DNA of 64,000 nt, from positions 1,922,001 through 1,986,000 of the forward strand of contig OZ176055.1 of assembly GCA_964247055.1 (NCBI GenBank), given 5' to 3'. Source of the stretch: Paragordius varius (lineage: Eukaryota; Animalia; Nematomorpha). Below are positions 24,219 to 37,149 of this stretch, one piece after another; position 1 is the stretch's first letter; each line of letters begins with the position of its first letter. The position numbers and the translations under genes are program-made. The notes under the pieces were generated by a model, which worked only from the letters and a program-made list of their open reading frames with translations, was not told the origin of the DNA and searched no databases.

Positions 24219-26497
24219 GAATATATCCAAGTAGATGCGTGGTAAATATTAAATTAAAGTTTACGTTGAGGTTTAATGAGATGGATGTGCCTGTTTTTTA
24301 TTGCATAACAATTCAAATCTTGGTGTAATGTTTGAAACTGCTGGACGTAAGACCTCTTCAACATTTTTTATCAATGAACGATATTGGGATTTAATGTGTG
24401 TTAAAGCTGAGAACCTTCACATAAATATGTGGTGTGGAATGGCAGAAGTACATTTAAAGCCATATCGGCGATTGTGGGAAATTCAGTTCTAGTTACGATC
24501 CAAAATTCAGTCAAGGGCTTTTGTTGGAATTGTAGTTTTAAGTTTGAGCCACACGAAAGCTCAGCAAATTCCTCTTGAGCTTTAAGTGACAAATGATCAA
24601 TCTCACTTAAGCCAATCCAAAACGGCTTTTGAATCTAAACTATTTGTTGTAAATCAATATTTGAGATAAAGTAGGTCCGAAATTGTATTTCTAACGCTTT
24701 TAAGTGATTTATAATAGTTTTTGTAACAAAACTTTTACAATAAATTTTTTCAATTAGAAAATTGTCGACATTGGAAAACATTTCGAACGAATTTTTTTTT
24801 GACTCTACTTTTCCAAATGCTGATCTTTTTAATAAAACATTCAATTTTATCGTTTGAAGTAAATATATCGCAATCTTTTCCTTAAACAGACAAGATCGTT
24901 TGACTTCGCAAAAATATCCGACAAATAACACAGCTTGGATAGCCACAAGTGATTTTGAAAAAAAGCAGCAAATTCACATTTTCGATCAGTTAATAATATT
25001 TTGATCTCGAGCTTTAATAAAATTAATCTTTGTACTTTGGCCTCTTGACAACCATCTTACTTCTGCATGTAATAACAAAGTTGTGTAGTTGGAATCCGTA
25101 TCCTTACAGAGATTTGAAAATAAGCGACTGTTAAGGGTATGGCTCTTAATAAAATTTATGACCTTAACAGCATCCTGAAGATCGTTCAATTCTGGTGCTA
25201 ATTTTTTTGCTGCCAGAGCCTCTTGGTGAATAAGGCAATGAGTAAAAGTTATATGATCATAATGAGCAGCTAAAAATGATTTTAAACCAACATTTTTGCC
25301 CGTCATCGCTCTTGCATCATCTGCGCATATTCCACAGCAATTTTTCCATTCTAAACCTTCTGCTTTAAAAAATTCGTCCACTCTTTCCCTGTAGTATGGT
25401 CTTCCATAGGACAACAAAATAACAATTCTTCCTCCACGCTTTCTTTATAAACGTACCTGACATATACTAACGCCAATATAGTAATATCAGTTCTTTTGTC
25501 CAATTGAAGCGAAAATTTTGGGCTTTCTTCTATTCTTGTCATAAGTTATTGATCCCTGTTAATATCAGAAATTATTTAAGACAGTGTCGTTTGACAAAGG
25601 AATTTTTCGAATATCATCCCATATTTTTTTCCATGTAGTATTTCTACCATTTTAGCTGCAGGTAACACAAGATCTTCGCCAATGGTGAACGGCTTTTTAT
25701 TTTTAGCACAGTATGAAACTTCATAAGATGCTGGCAAACATTTTTCATTAACGGTGATAAATTTTTCGATGTTTTCTTTTCATTATTTATAGATATACAC
25801 AGTCTTTTAAAATATTCTTTATGTTTATTGACATACGAAACATACTTTGATTCAAAATGTCTTCTTAATTCTGATGGTTTCATACTCTCCGAAGCCAATA
25901 ATTTATTGCATATCAAACAAAGAGGTTGTTAATTACCATTACAATTTTAAAATGTGAAGCCAAATTGAAGAAAAGACCCATCATATTTCCTTTTTGGCAC
26001 AATAGATATCTCTTTTCCATTTTTTTGTCCTGACTGAGAAGAATTTTTTGGATTAATATCTGCGTCATTACAATTCTTATTTAACAGCCATTTATCCATG
26101 GGCAAAAATTATTTTTATTCTAAAATACAATAAATATATAAAAATAACATATTGTAGATTATATTTGATTATTAATTACCGAATAAAAAGAAAACTAAAA
26201 TCTTGTTACAGAAGGCGCTGACAAATTAAAACTAGAAGAGCAAATACAATTTTTTTTCACAAAAGACGTTCCCAAAGAAAATCTTTTCTTCATCTTCATT
26301 TAAACATGTGAAATAGCTATGTTCGGAATAGAAATACTGGTATAACCAATTTTTCAAAACCAGATGATATATATATATGTACGATAATTGTTATTTTTAT
26401 ATAATAATTTTACAAGTTAAAAAACATTTTTTGTTAAATTGTATTTTTACACTCGCGACCACAAATGGGGTCGCGACCCATAGTTTAAGAACCCCTG
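24219..26497 (-). mobile_element. Buster/Charlie-like hAT DNA transposon (outer copy)
   Basis: Left end caggggttcttaaactatgggtcgcgaccccatttgtggtcgcgag on the - strand at 26497, followed by the transposase remnant. Confidence 0.85.
24300..26099 (-). pseudogene. hAT transposase pseudogene (ZBED5/ZBED8/SCAND3-like family)
   Basis: MDKWLL start; KRKYD..FGFT; BED finger CLICNKLLASESMKPSELRRHF; FSLQLD; GICADDARAM; FTHCLIHQEALAAK; LLHAEVRWLSRG; C-terminal dimerisation LLPFHTTYLCE. Split by frameshifts. Confidence 0.9.
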
Positions 26498-27099
26498 TAA
26501 AAATTGATATTATACGGACAAAACGTGAAAATATAAAGACAAATATTTTTTTCAAAAAGCAGCCATACTTTTGAATTTTTAAAAAAACGTATTGTCTTAA
26601 TCTGCAAAGTATAATATATAAACGTAAATTGGTAGCACAAATTATGTATTTTACAATTGTAACTAATTGTTTTTTATAGGATAAATCAAGAAAAAGTATG
26701 GTTGTTGAAAAAAAATTGTCTTTATAATTTTACATTTTGTCCGTATAATTTGAATTTTTACTGTATTTGATCAGCATATTTTTTTTCGTGGGCACTATGC
26801 CTATAGGACTAAACTCGGTTAAATATATCTTCATAAAATATATCTATTCTAGAAATCAGATCATCATGTCAGAGGTAATGAGTCATCCATTTTTATATTA
26901 ATTTAAAATAGAAAAATTTTGCGCACACAATGTTTCAATATAAAGGCTATAAATCAATTTTATTAATAATAGTGCATGCAAAAAATCCAAAATTATACAT
27001 CGGCTTCTACACAATGCGCCCATCGCTCAGGTAGTAGATAAATGCCGTGCAAAATTGTATTTTGCACAAAAACGTTTGTCAAGCTATTTTACCTTTAAA

Positions 27100-27830
27100 T
27101 TATAAAAATGCTGTGATGGTGTGCTCCATTGATGCAAAGTTGTATTAGTTTGAAGAGGCCAGGTCAGAAAAGTTCAGCGGAATCGAAATTTCACTAAAGC
27201 GTTTTCAATGTGTCTTCCCTGGTTTTTCTATGTAAGAAGGAGGATTGTCATGCAGCAAAATATTCTACCTTGCCTTCTGACAAACGGTGGTTTTTCGATT
27301 AATGCATGGTTCAAATTGTTAATTTGTTGATACTAAATTTTAAAAATGGTACACAATATCGCTATGGTTCCACCATACATAGAGCACTGTCTTCTTGCAG
27401 AGGCCATCTGGCATTGATGGTAATGGACCGGCTTGGCAAAATACAACCACAATTTTCCACCCTGGATTTATACCCATATCCGGTCCTCAGCGGCGTTGAA
27501 GCAGAAATTCACAACTCGTTGCATTCTTGATTTGAATTATATTTGTCTGGGACCCATTTACTGAGATTAGTTCCCGTCGCTCGTGTACGCCTACTGATTC
27601 TTTTTGTGATACGTTTGCTTCCAGTTATTGAGTTGTGTCATCATCCAATCCTTTAATATCTTTGCAGTTGTGTGGTCATCCACACACTTTTTTTCAATTT
27701 AAATAAGTCATAACTTCAAGAAATCATTTTCACCTGCTCCAATGGATGGAGCTTAATAAGATGCTTCTGAAACGATAACTCTAACAATCCTTTTCTTATG
27801 CCAATGTGTCCGGCTAGCCATAAAATTTAA
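27100..27830 (-). pseudogene. Degraded mariner (Mos1/SETMAR-like) transposase
   Basis: Minus strand gives KWVP-like, KKTVLYVWWN, ILLHDNPPSY and SDLASS (cf. KKVMLxVWWD, LLHDNARPH, SPDLAPSD). Confidence 0.75.
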
Positions 27831-27950
27831 TATGATCTACAAATATACAAAATGGCGAATACTTGTGTGTGTTTGTCGTTTAATGTTAGATGCACGAAAC
27901 AGAGTCTGTATTAATGTAATTGTCTGCGTATTTTCGCTGGCATGATCACT

Positions 27951-29460
27951 TATTGTGTGCAAAAGTGAGGGTTGATTTTTCAACAGAAATTTTTTTCATG
28001 AGATAGCTTATGACCAGCGAATATTTTTTGCCACAAAAAACCTAGTTTATTAAGAACTTCAAAATTGGGCAAAAAGTGAAGATTGAAAATAATTAAAATA
28101 ATGAGAAAACTTGAGATATTATGGTTCATAATCATTTAAGGAGATATTTTTAATATATAAATAGCCTAATATCATATAGTTAGGGTTTGTAAAGTCTCAA
28201 ATCAAAAATGGCGTTTTTCTTTTAACATCAAAAGATAAAAAATATTATGAAACTATATTAAAATAATTTTTTTTATTTAACCAGTTAACCTCACTAATAT
28301 TAAGATTCATATTTTATTCAGTAAAAAAAATTATATATCAAAATAAAAGTAAAAAATATACCATTTGCACTTCAAGAGTGTCCTTGAACACTTCAAGTTG
28401 GTCCTTGAACAGTTCAAGTTGGTCCTTGAACAGTTCAAGTTGGTCCTTTGACTTTTTTTAGTTTTTAACTTTTATCAATCATATCGTAAATAAATCATCT
28501 CTATTATTGTTAACCTATTTTCTATTATTTAACATAAGATTTTGACAGGAAATGAAAAATATAAGTTTTCTGGGTTATTATTAATAATTTTTCATTAAAA
28601 ACTTTTAAAAGTCAATTATTTTGTTCAATTGAAAAAAATAGTTTGAAACAAAAAAGTGGTTTTTCAATAAATTTTTTATTTTTAAATGAATAAATATATA
28701 ATAAATAAAGCAAATTAGGTTAATAAATAATAAAATAAAAAAATAAATGCAAAAATTATGGTAAAATCAAAATTTATAAATTTTAAGGATCAACTTGAAG
28801 TGTTCAAGGACCAACTTGAACTGTTTAAGGACCAACTTGAATTGTTCAAGGACCAACTTGAAATGTTCAAGGAACAACTTAAAGTGTTCAAGGACATTCT
28901 TGAAGTGCAAATGGTATATTGTTTTTTTTATTTTTACATTGAATAAAATTTACTCTTTTATTTTGGTATTTGACACGAGAGGGGATTATAAAGTATGTAA
29001 ATTAAAACAAATATAAAATTTAGTAGTGGAATATCATCAACAATCAGTACAAATCCATGTAACAAGTTTGTTTTAACACAAAAAATATTTTTAATGGGAT
29101 TTGGGCGGATTTTCGGTTGCACTACTTATAAATATTTATATACTTTATGATTCCCGCTCGTGTTATTTTGTCTTTTAAGTTAAAAGCAAAACGCCATCTT
29201 TTGAATTGAGATTTTATAAAAACTCTAACAATATGATTTCGGGCTAATATAAATTGAAAATATCTCCTAAAATGATAAAATCATGATATCTCAACTGTTA
29301 TCATTATTTTTTTGGATTATCCTTAATTTTCACTTTCCCGTTCGATTTTCTCTCAATATTTCAAAAATTAAGTCGTAAACAAATAAAAAATTTTACGGCA
29401 GATGTGAATTCGCTGTATGTTATCTCAAAAATTATTTTGTTAAAACTTTTGTACACAATG
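27951..29460. mobile_element. Fold-back MITE (R4) with ~350-bp arms and Tc1-like ends
   Basis: Left attgtgtgcaaaa... is the reverse complement of the right ...ttttgtacacaatg|ta; arms 27951-28300 and 29150-29460 are homologous. Confidence 0.7.
28361..28914. mobile_element. TA-flanked fold-back element (R3) with 21-bp subterminal tandem repeats, nested in R4
   Basis: ta|ccatttgcacttcaaga...tcttgaagtgcaaatgg|ta; unit ttcaaggaccaacttgaactg occurs about 3x left and 5x right. The empty site is visible in the R4 copy at ~30635. Confidence 0.85.
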
Positions 29461-30178
29461 TAATAGAAATAAATTATGACTACAGTAGATGGCTTCGAAA
29501 ATCTTAAATTTTTGGCCCCCTCAAATTGGTTAGTGTAGTAACTCGGAAACAATAAACTATAAGATTTATAAAATAGATAAAAAAAACTAAACTATAAAAA
29601 ATTTGGGATGTTTATATACTTTTTGTGCATATAATATTTACATGTTTAGGAAGGAGAAATAATGTGCATGTTATATATAAAAGTGCTGCAAGTTTAAACC
29701 AAGTAGATGGTCTATAAATGCTTTTAAATCTTATATTTTATCTAGTCTAATTGATGTATTCAGATCTATTAAGTTATCTTTAAAAACGAAATGCCGAGAT
29801 TGCGGGATAAGAATTTTTAATATAAGCTAAATTATGACATCATAAAAGGGTTTTTTCCTAAAATTTGAAAATGTAATTTACAGTTAATTTTTGAAGCGTG
29901 GAGAGTATGATGCATGGTAAAAACGGTATAAAAACACTATAAGATATTATATAAACAGTTTTTCTTAAAATTCCATGATGCTAAACATGTCTATCACCTC
30001 AGATCTTTGATTTAAAAATGCGTATCCAACAGGTTTTATACGTAATTTAAACCTTTATTTCTGTTTTGTACTGTATATTTGATAATTTCTTTAAATTTAA
30101 CTTATATTTAGCACATTAAAATTAGATTGGTTTGAAAACAATGAAATTTTCGGAAAACTCTGTTAATTGTATTATATA

Positions 30179-30840
30179 CACTGTGTGCAAAAAAGATGGT
30201 CATTTTGATTTGACGAAAAAAATTTTTTTTCATGAGATAGCTTATGACCAGCGTATTCATTTGCCGCAAAAATTTTTATTTGTTGAGAACCTAGTTTTTG
30301 AAATATTGAGAGAAAACCGAAATCGGGCAAAAAGCGAAAATTAAGGATAATTAAGGATTTAAAAAATAATGATAAAATCTGAAATATTATCGTTTATTAT
30401 CATTTTAGGAGATATTTTCAATATATAAATAGCCTAAAATTATATAGTTAGGGTTTCTATAATATTTCAGGTCAAAAGATGGCTTTTTTCTTTTATCACA
30501 CTCAAAAGACATAAAAAATTTAATGAAACTATATTAAAATAATTTTTATTAATTACTACCTAAACTCACTATTAAAATCTTAACATTCATATTTTATTCA
30601 GTAAAATAAACTTCTAAATCAAAATAAATCAAAAATATTGTTTTTTATTTTTGCATTTTTTGTCTCTAGTTTATGAGTATATAAAAAATTAATACTGTTT
30701 TATATTGGATTCTTCATGATTATGAATTATTAAGTATATAATTTATGCAAAATAGGATTTAAAAGTAGTAGAATATCAACCAACAATCCTTACAATTTAC
30801 TGTAAGAAATCTGTTTTATGACAAATTAATATTTAAATCA
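30179..30840 (+). mobile_element. Second, truncated R4 copy
   Basis: ta|cactgtgtgcaaaa; direct homology to 27951-28358 then 28917-29090; cut at the R1 copy. Confidence 0.7.
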
Positions 30841-30844
30841 TTTT

Positions 30845-31520
30845 ATAGTGGCGCATTTTTCAGGGCGTGAAGGGCCTAATTAACGGCTAATTTTAAAAAA
30901 CCACACGATCTAAATATTTGCCTTGTTACGCGTAATATTTTAAGCAGCTTTTGAACTGATATGGCCTGATAGGTTTTCTGAGATTTAGCCCCAAAGGCAC
31001 GCTATTTCAATATGACGAGCCAGTTTTTAGCGGGTATCTCCTTACCCAGCAGCCAATATAAAAGTAACGCTCGACTAAAATTTTTGCCTTTTAACAGGGA
31101 CCTTGGAATCTTTATTGAATTTCTACGGTCTCATACCTTGGGCTATAAATAGATTCAAAAAATTATTTTTGTGGACTTAATTTTAAAAAAAATGGCATTT
31201 ACGGGGGGAACGGGTAAAAAGAGGGCCTAAATTATAAAAGCGAGCCAACTATGTTGGGCGCAATCAAAAATAAGTATACAAAAATCATATTTGAATCGAA
31301 TTGTCCAACACGTAAATTGTCTCAAAGACACGATTTTTGTGGACTTGTGTTTTCAAAAAAAAAACGTTTTTTACACGGGGTGGACCCGAACTGAGGGCCT
31401 AATTCAAAAAAGGGCGAAGCTATTGTCGGGGCATTCATTAATGATTATATTTTTTTGATATTTGGACTTGAATGGGTATACCGGTTTTCCGCAATCAGAT
31501 CACAAAGCCACCAATTTCCA
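30845..31520 (+). mobile_element. R1 family long variant
   Basis: Colinear with 17640-18265. Confidence 0.65.
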
Positions 31521-32032
31521 TTCGTTTATGTAAAAATTATATGTTACTTCCGCTTTGGTGCAAATTGTCAAAAAAATTAATATATAAGCTTTAAATTATT
31601 TTAACACGATATGGGTAAACTCTAAACATATAGTAAATATATTTTGGTTAAAATTAAAATTAAACTCTTACCGCATATTAACATGTAAAAATTGTAAAAT
31701 TTTTATCGGTAATATTTTGCGTTAGAATTATCCTTATAGTATATATTAACAAATAATATTTCATTGAAGCGAGTTTCTCCATTATACTTAAGTTTATTTG
31801 ACCTTGCAATAGCCGAAAAGTTGGAAAAACATTTTTCCAGCCTGTCAACCGTATTTATTTTCGATATTCCTAATCTTAAAGCTATTATCTATCGAATGAT
31901 TTATAATACATAAATGTAGCAATTTATCTGCGCACCGTGTAATATGCGCTAATTTTGCGATATCCGGAGAAATTATTATAAAAAACAAATGATTTAACCA
32001 ATCACACCATATAAGTTATAATTTTATACCAT

Positions 32033-32085
32033 ACTAGCGTAAATCTCGTGCTGCTACGCAGCCCGAGGAAGTCCTTCGGACTTCT

Positions 32086-32120
<35 letters not shown>

Positions 32121-32649
32121 TTTGAAAAAAGGGACAGTAAAATGATCTACATATGTGGATTATTTCGAAAAATTATTTAATAGCTATTATCTCATAGGAA
32201 TCTTAACGGTGCATTCATAATAATTTATTGTTTACTTGGGGGAAAAATAGATTTAAAAAATTATTTTTGTGGACTTTGTTTTTTGAAAAAAGTGGCATTT
32301 TACGGGGGGAGCGGGTAAAAAGAGGGCCTAAATCAAAAAAGTGACTCGACTATGTTTGGCGCAATCGAAAAAAAGTAAACAAAAATTATATTTGAAATTG
32401 AATGGTCCAACACCTTCTCCAGAAAATTGTCTCAAAGACACGATTTTTGTGGACATATGTTTGCAAAAAAAACCCGTTTTTCACACGGGGTGGCCCGAAC
32501 TGGGGGCCTATTTCAAAAAAAGGGCGAAGCTATTGTCGGGACATTCATTAATGATTATATTTTTTCGAAGTTTGGATTTGAATTGGTCTACCGGTTTTCC
32601 TGTACCAGATCACAAAGCCAGCATTTTTCATTTTTATAAATATATAGAT
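32033..32649 (+). mobile_element. Helitron/Helentron-like non-autonomous element (R1) with intact ends
   Basis: 5' ACTAG followed by two hairpins (32045-32067, 32068-32084) and G32; 3' tttataaatatatagat. No TIR or TSD. Confidence 0.6.
32086..32117. repeat. Poly-G tract (32 nt)
   Basis: Direct count. Confidence 0.95.
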
Positions 32650-32999
32650 TATATGTATTATTATTTTTTGCGAACACTGTAAATTTACAAAATACGCAGG
32701 AGATTGTATTCAAAAGCTAAATATATTCAAGGAAAAACTTTAGGTTTTTCTTTTCTACTCTTTTACTTAAATGTTTAATAAAATTAAATATACTCAAGAA
32801 TATTTTAAATGAGTATAAAATACTGCAATATAACAGGTTAGTTATCAGTCTTTACCGTTTTAAATAGGAGAAGATGTCAGTGAGAAATATCCAGCCGATT
32901 AATTTAACACAAACGCCATTTTGTTTATCAGACATTAAACTACAAACAGACACAAGATTTCTCCAAAAACTAGATGCTTATTTTCATCATTTTCAAGAG

Positions 33000-33570
33000 T
33001 TATTAAATGTGAAGCCAACTCAAATTAAACGTCAATTGACATAAGCATTACGTGTATTACAAAAGCAATGATTTGTTTTCAAAGCAATAGGGAAGTCCAA
33101 TAAACTCGGTAAATGGGTCCCACATAGTTTAAACAAAAATCGTAAAGTGACTTGTGAAATCTTGCATGTCACTAAAGAAAGTCATGTGACGGGAAATGAT
33201 TGGTGGCTTAAAGCGGTAAAAACTGTGGCTTTCACGTTTCTAAGCCGGTCCAGCAACACGAAGTGCAAGCCGCTTGAATAAGAAAATCATGTTCTGTGTC
33301 TGGTGGGACCAGAGCGGTATGGGTATTATAAACTTTTGAAGCGTGGTGAAACAGTTAATACACAACGCTATCGCCAACATGATCAATCTCAATCATGCAT
33401 TAAAGAAAATCGACCGGAATGAGCCAAATAATCTCAAAGTGGTTTTAATACATGATGCTCAGTCTCACACAGCAAAACCAGTGAAAAATCCTTTGAAATC
33501 GCTTATGGGCTATATTTTTCGCACCGGCTGTACACTCCTGACCTGGCGCCATTTAAATAATCATCCTAGA
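33000..33570 (+). pseudogene. Degraded mariner transposase
   Basis: GKWVPHSL (WVPHEL motif), KKIMFCVWWDQSG, GETVNTQRY and YTPDLAP (YSPDLAP motif). Confidence 0.85.
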
Positions 33571-34041
33571 ATCAATTTTAAACACGCTTGTAGAGCAGCT
33601 AGTAAATAATTTTGAAGTATTACTTGATTGATTACAATATACATGTTTTCCTAAAAAATCCGTGCAAAAAGCTGAGGATTCCCTTACATTTTTGTTCACT
33701 ACAACTTGGAGGGGGGGGAAGCATTTTTACCCGCTATGTAACATTTGGAAACTATAGAAGATATTTAAACTACATATAAATAGGGGCTGAGAGCATCGTT
33801 GATAACGAGGCCACAAATGTTTTCTCACTCCACTATTTATAAATATTTTTATTTTTTCCTTTATATTTTAATGCCATTGATGACTTTCACCTTGAGAATT
33901 TATGAATGATGGCCTTTTATAGACAAACTTTTAGCGTGAAAATGCTAAGCTTTAATAAAGGGATTATTGTTAAAAATTAAACTATTTATTTATAATAATT
34001 TTTCCATTCATTTTATAAATGAAATATGTTTTAAACAGTAA

Positions 34042-35602
34042 TTATGTGTTTGATCCAACTATGCTTTCATCGCACGAATTTTCATCATTCTGTTCGTCGT
34101 TGGAATCTTGATGGCCGGTATTTGCAAAACTTCTGGTTCGCTTCCATTTCATACGACGGTTTTGAAACCAAACTTTCACCTAAAATCAATATTTAAGTTT
34201 TGATATTGTAAAGATGTCAAATATATTAATTATCCCTATTTATTTTACAATTAAACAGATAGCTCTCTCTCACTCTCTTTTTAAGTTTTAATTAAGTTTT
34301 TTGCTGAAGCATATCAGGCTTTGATCTTGCTTACCCAGGGCTGACAGTCAACATGGTTTAAATTTCTTGATTAAAATAAAAATTAGAAAATACCAAATTT
34401 TATTTAAAAAAGACCTGTCTTTCGGTCAAATCCAATGCAACCGCTATCTCATACCGACGCAATCTCGTAAGATAATTATGGTGCTTAAATTCCCTTTCCA
34501 ACTCCTGCAATTGGTATTTGGTGAAGGCTGTACGCTCTTTTCTAGATTTTACGATAGGGCAAAACCCCATAAAATTGAACATTGGGGGTGTGGGGAAACC
34601 GTTGAAATTACCCGAATTATTAATTAAACTGCCATCATTTTTTATGGTGTTTGTGGCCGAAAGAGAAGCATTGCTATACATGGCATTAACGTTGCCAAAA
34701 ATGTTTGGATTAAAGTTGAAAAACGGTGGAAAATTGTTGAGCTTTCCATATGATTCAATGAGGGTAGGTTGTTCATCTACAAAAATATTGTTTGTTATAA
34801 AGAATCGGTTACCATATCAAAACAACATATAATTAAATCTGCAATTATATTACTATATTAGTATGTGATTAATTTTTATATATTTCCTAAATATGAATAT
34901 ATTAATATATAAAATATGACATATGATTATATATTTATAAAGTGTTATTTGTATCAAACCGAAATACGTCGAACTAAGCATGTGCTCAACGAAAATATAA
35001 ATTGGTCGTTTAGTATTAAGTTACATTAGTATATTTTTAACATTAAATTACCAAAAAAATGATAATTTAGCCATAAAAAACCATATGAATATTTTCTTGG
35101 CCATATTTTATTTAAGTGTATAATCTATTTTTTTGTAGTTCATCATATCTTAAATCATGCAATTATCATGTAATAAAAATTTAACTGTATTTATTATTAT
35201 CTGATGTTCACCAAAATTTTCCAAAATAATTTTGAAAAAAAGAATCAAAACTATTTCGGATGCAGAGTCAAAATCTAACATTTGTATCCTTAATCTATAA
35301 TGAAACTTAAATGCATTGCACTTAAATATTTTGTTAATAAAAATATTTTTTTTAAATAAATCGCTAAATATTTATGATATCAAATCTAAAGTTTTGAAGA
35401 AAAAAATATTTTCACATCATTCCATATGGTTGTTAAAAGTAATCTGCAGAACGGTGGAACCGTTAAAATTGTAATAAACTATGTGAGGGAATATAAAGCT
35501 AAAAAAATTGAATGATGATTTATATAAGTTAATTTGTTAAGTATGCAGTTTAAGTAGAAAGCAATATTCAAAATGTTTTAAACTTTAACTTATTTTCATT
35601 AT

Positions 35603-35645
<43 letters not shown>

Positions 35646-37149
35646 ATTAATTATATTGTATGTTAGTTCATTTATAGTAATATTTAATTATTCGTAAAAA
35701 TAAATCATCCCCCGAGTTGAATATGAATAGAAAATCTGAGGTTAAAGCCCTTAAAATAACTTTTAAACCCTCATAAACTGGTCACTAAGGGAAGCGAATG
35801 TTAAATTATCATATGAGAAATTGCAGACGATATTATATAAACCTAAATTAGAAAAAAGAAGAAGCTATTTCGCCAAATGCCTTAATTATTATTTCCAAGT
35901 TGTACTTGAGATAGGAGTGGTGACATGTGCGGGATAAAATCTTTGATTGTTAGCAGCGTTTACTAATAAATTATTCATTGATTGTATAAAGGATGATTTT
36001 GGAGTAACGTGATGATTTTCCGTATTTGGTATGGAATCAGGTATATTAACGCTTTGTGAATCATTCGAAGACCGATGTTTTAAAGAAGGGTCAGCTACAT
36101 TTGTATCAGGTTGATAAAGGTTAGAAATATTTGATGATGGGTTCATATCTGTAGTTTGAGTCCCTGTTACCTTTTCAAGGGGGTAATTATTTTTCGGGCA
36201 GATATAATTAGAAACATTGGGATTATTACTTAGATTATCGATGTTTGGACTTGTTGGTCCAATCAAATTCTCAATACCATACTTTGTGTGTGTTGAGCCT
36301 TGAGGGAAATTAATTGCACCGTATTGTGTGGTGTTTAGACCCCCTTCGTTTGTAAATTTAGGAGTGTTGTATGTATTGAACCATGGATATGTATTTGCTG
36401 ATGGAGGATAGTAAGGATGATAACTAAACCAAAAAGGGGGTGTATTATAGGCCCAATACGCAGTGGAATTCGAATTCCCTGCGTTATTGGCATACATTGG
36501 CGTATTAAAATCACCCGATGATAGATTCTGAGTGGATTGTTGGGACACCTTTAGGGCAGAAACAGAACTAGGAATATTATTGCTCGCAAGAGTTGAGTTG
36601 GTATTGGCATCATCCAATAATCTATACATCAATGTATTAATATGTTTATATATAATAGTGAGTGTCATAGATATATTTAACAGTATAGTTATAGGTCTGA
36701 TAATTAACAAAGGCACATATTATATATGATTATCTTCAGCTATTTTATATTAAAGTAAAATGAAATATGAATTTTTAACAATACATTAAAATAATGTTAT
36801 GAATTAGTAGTTACCTAGAAGTTGTTTGCTGATACGAATGATTTACAGAGGTTTGAAAAGAAATTTTTTGTTGTTGAATTACCGATTCAGACCCATTTCT
36901 ACAGTGAGGTAAAGTTAATAGACATTTAGTATCAGTATTGTTTGAGGGATGGTAGTGATAGGTTGCCTCACTTTTTTCAAGTTTATCAAACTTTTTAAGG
37001 TGTACACCAGTTAATGAGCATATATTTGAAGTTTTAGGCAATAAAGACGCATCTTGGCTTGCGTCAGATAAGGGGTGTTTGGTACTGATATGCGAATATA
37101 TTGAGGGCGATTGTGTTATATTGGGCCATGGATAGAGATATGACATCAT
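34042..37149 (-). CDS. Mox: Mox/Meox-class homeobox transcription factor (4 exons, ~516 aa as modelled)
   Basis: Homeodomain [44 protein letters not shown]|[14 protein letters not shown] is diagnostic of Mox/MEOX. Exons 36815-37149, 35906-36621, 34415-34776 and 34042-34179 have consistent phases (2,1,0). The exon 2 donor (GTACAA) is weak, so the link between exons 1-2 and 3-4 is less certain than the homeobox call. Confidence 0.9.
35607..35641. repeat. (AT)n microsatellite in Mox intron
   Basis: Direct observation; similar tracts at ~38740, ~39285 and 56328-56357. Confidence 0.9.

Noticed and set aside
28370-28450. GAA/TTC repeats as heat-shock elements
   Set aside because: Spacing is GAA-N3-TTC, not the GAA-N2-TTC of HSEs.
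28758-28946. Leucine-zipper-like ORF (KDQLELF)n
   Set aside because: Heptads come from the 21-bp subterminal repeat of a TIR element; the same applies to (EQFKFTL)n at 56596-56862.
34330-34365. Cryptic exon with a GTAAGC donor in the Mox homeobox intron
   Set aside because: Only a weak AAG acceptor and an immediate in-frame stop; cannot be supported without RNA data.
34518-34832. + strand ORFs overlapping Mox exons (also 36532-36729) and SLC34 exon 13 (47882-48121)
   Set aside because: Antisense shadows of genuine - strand exons.
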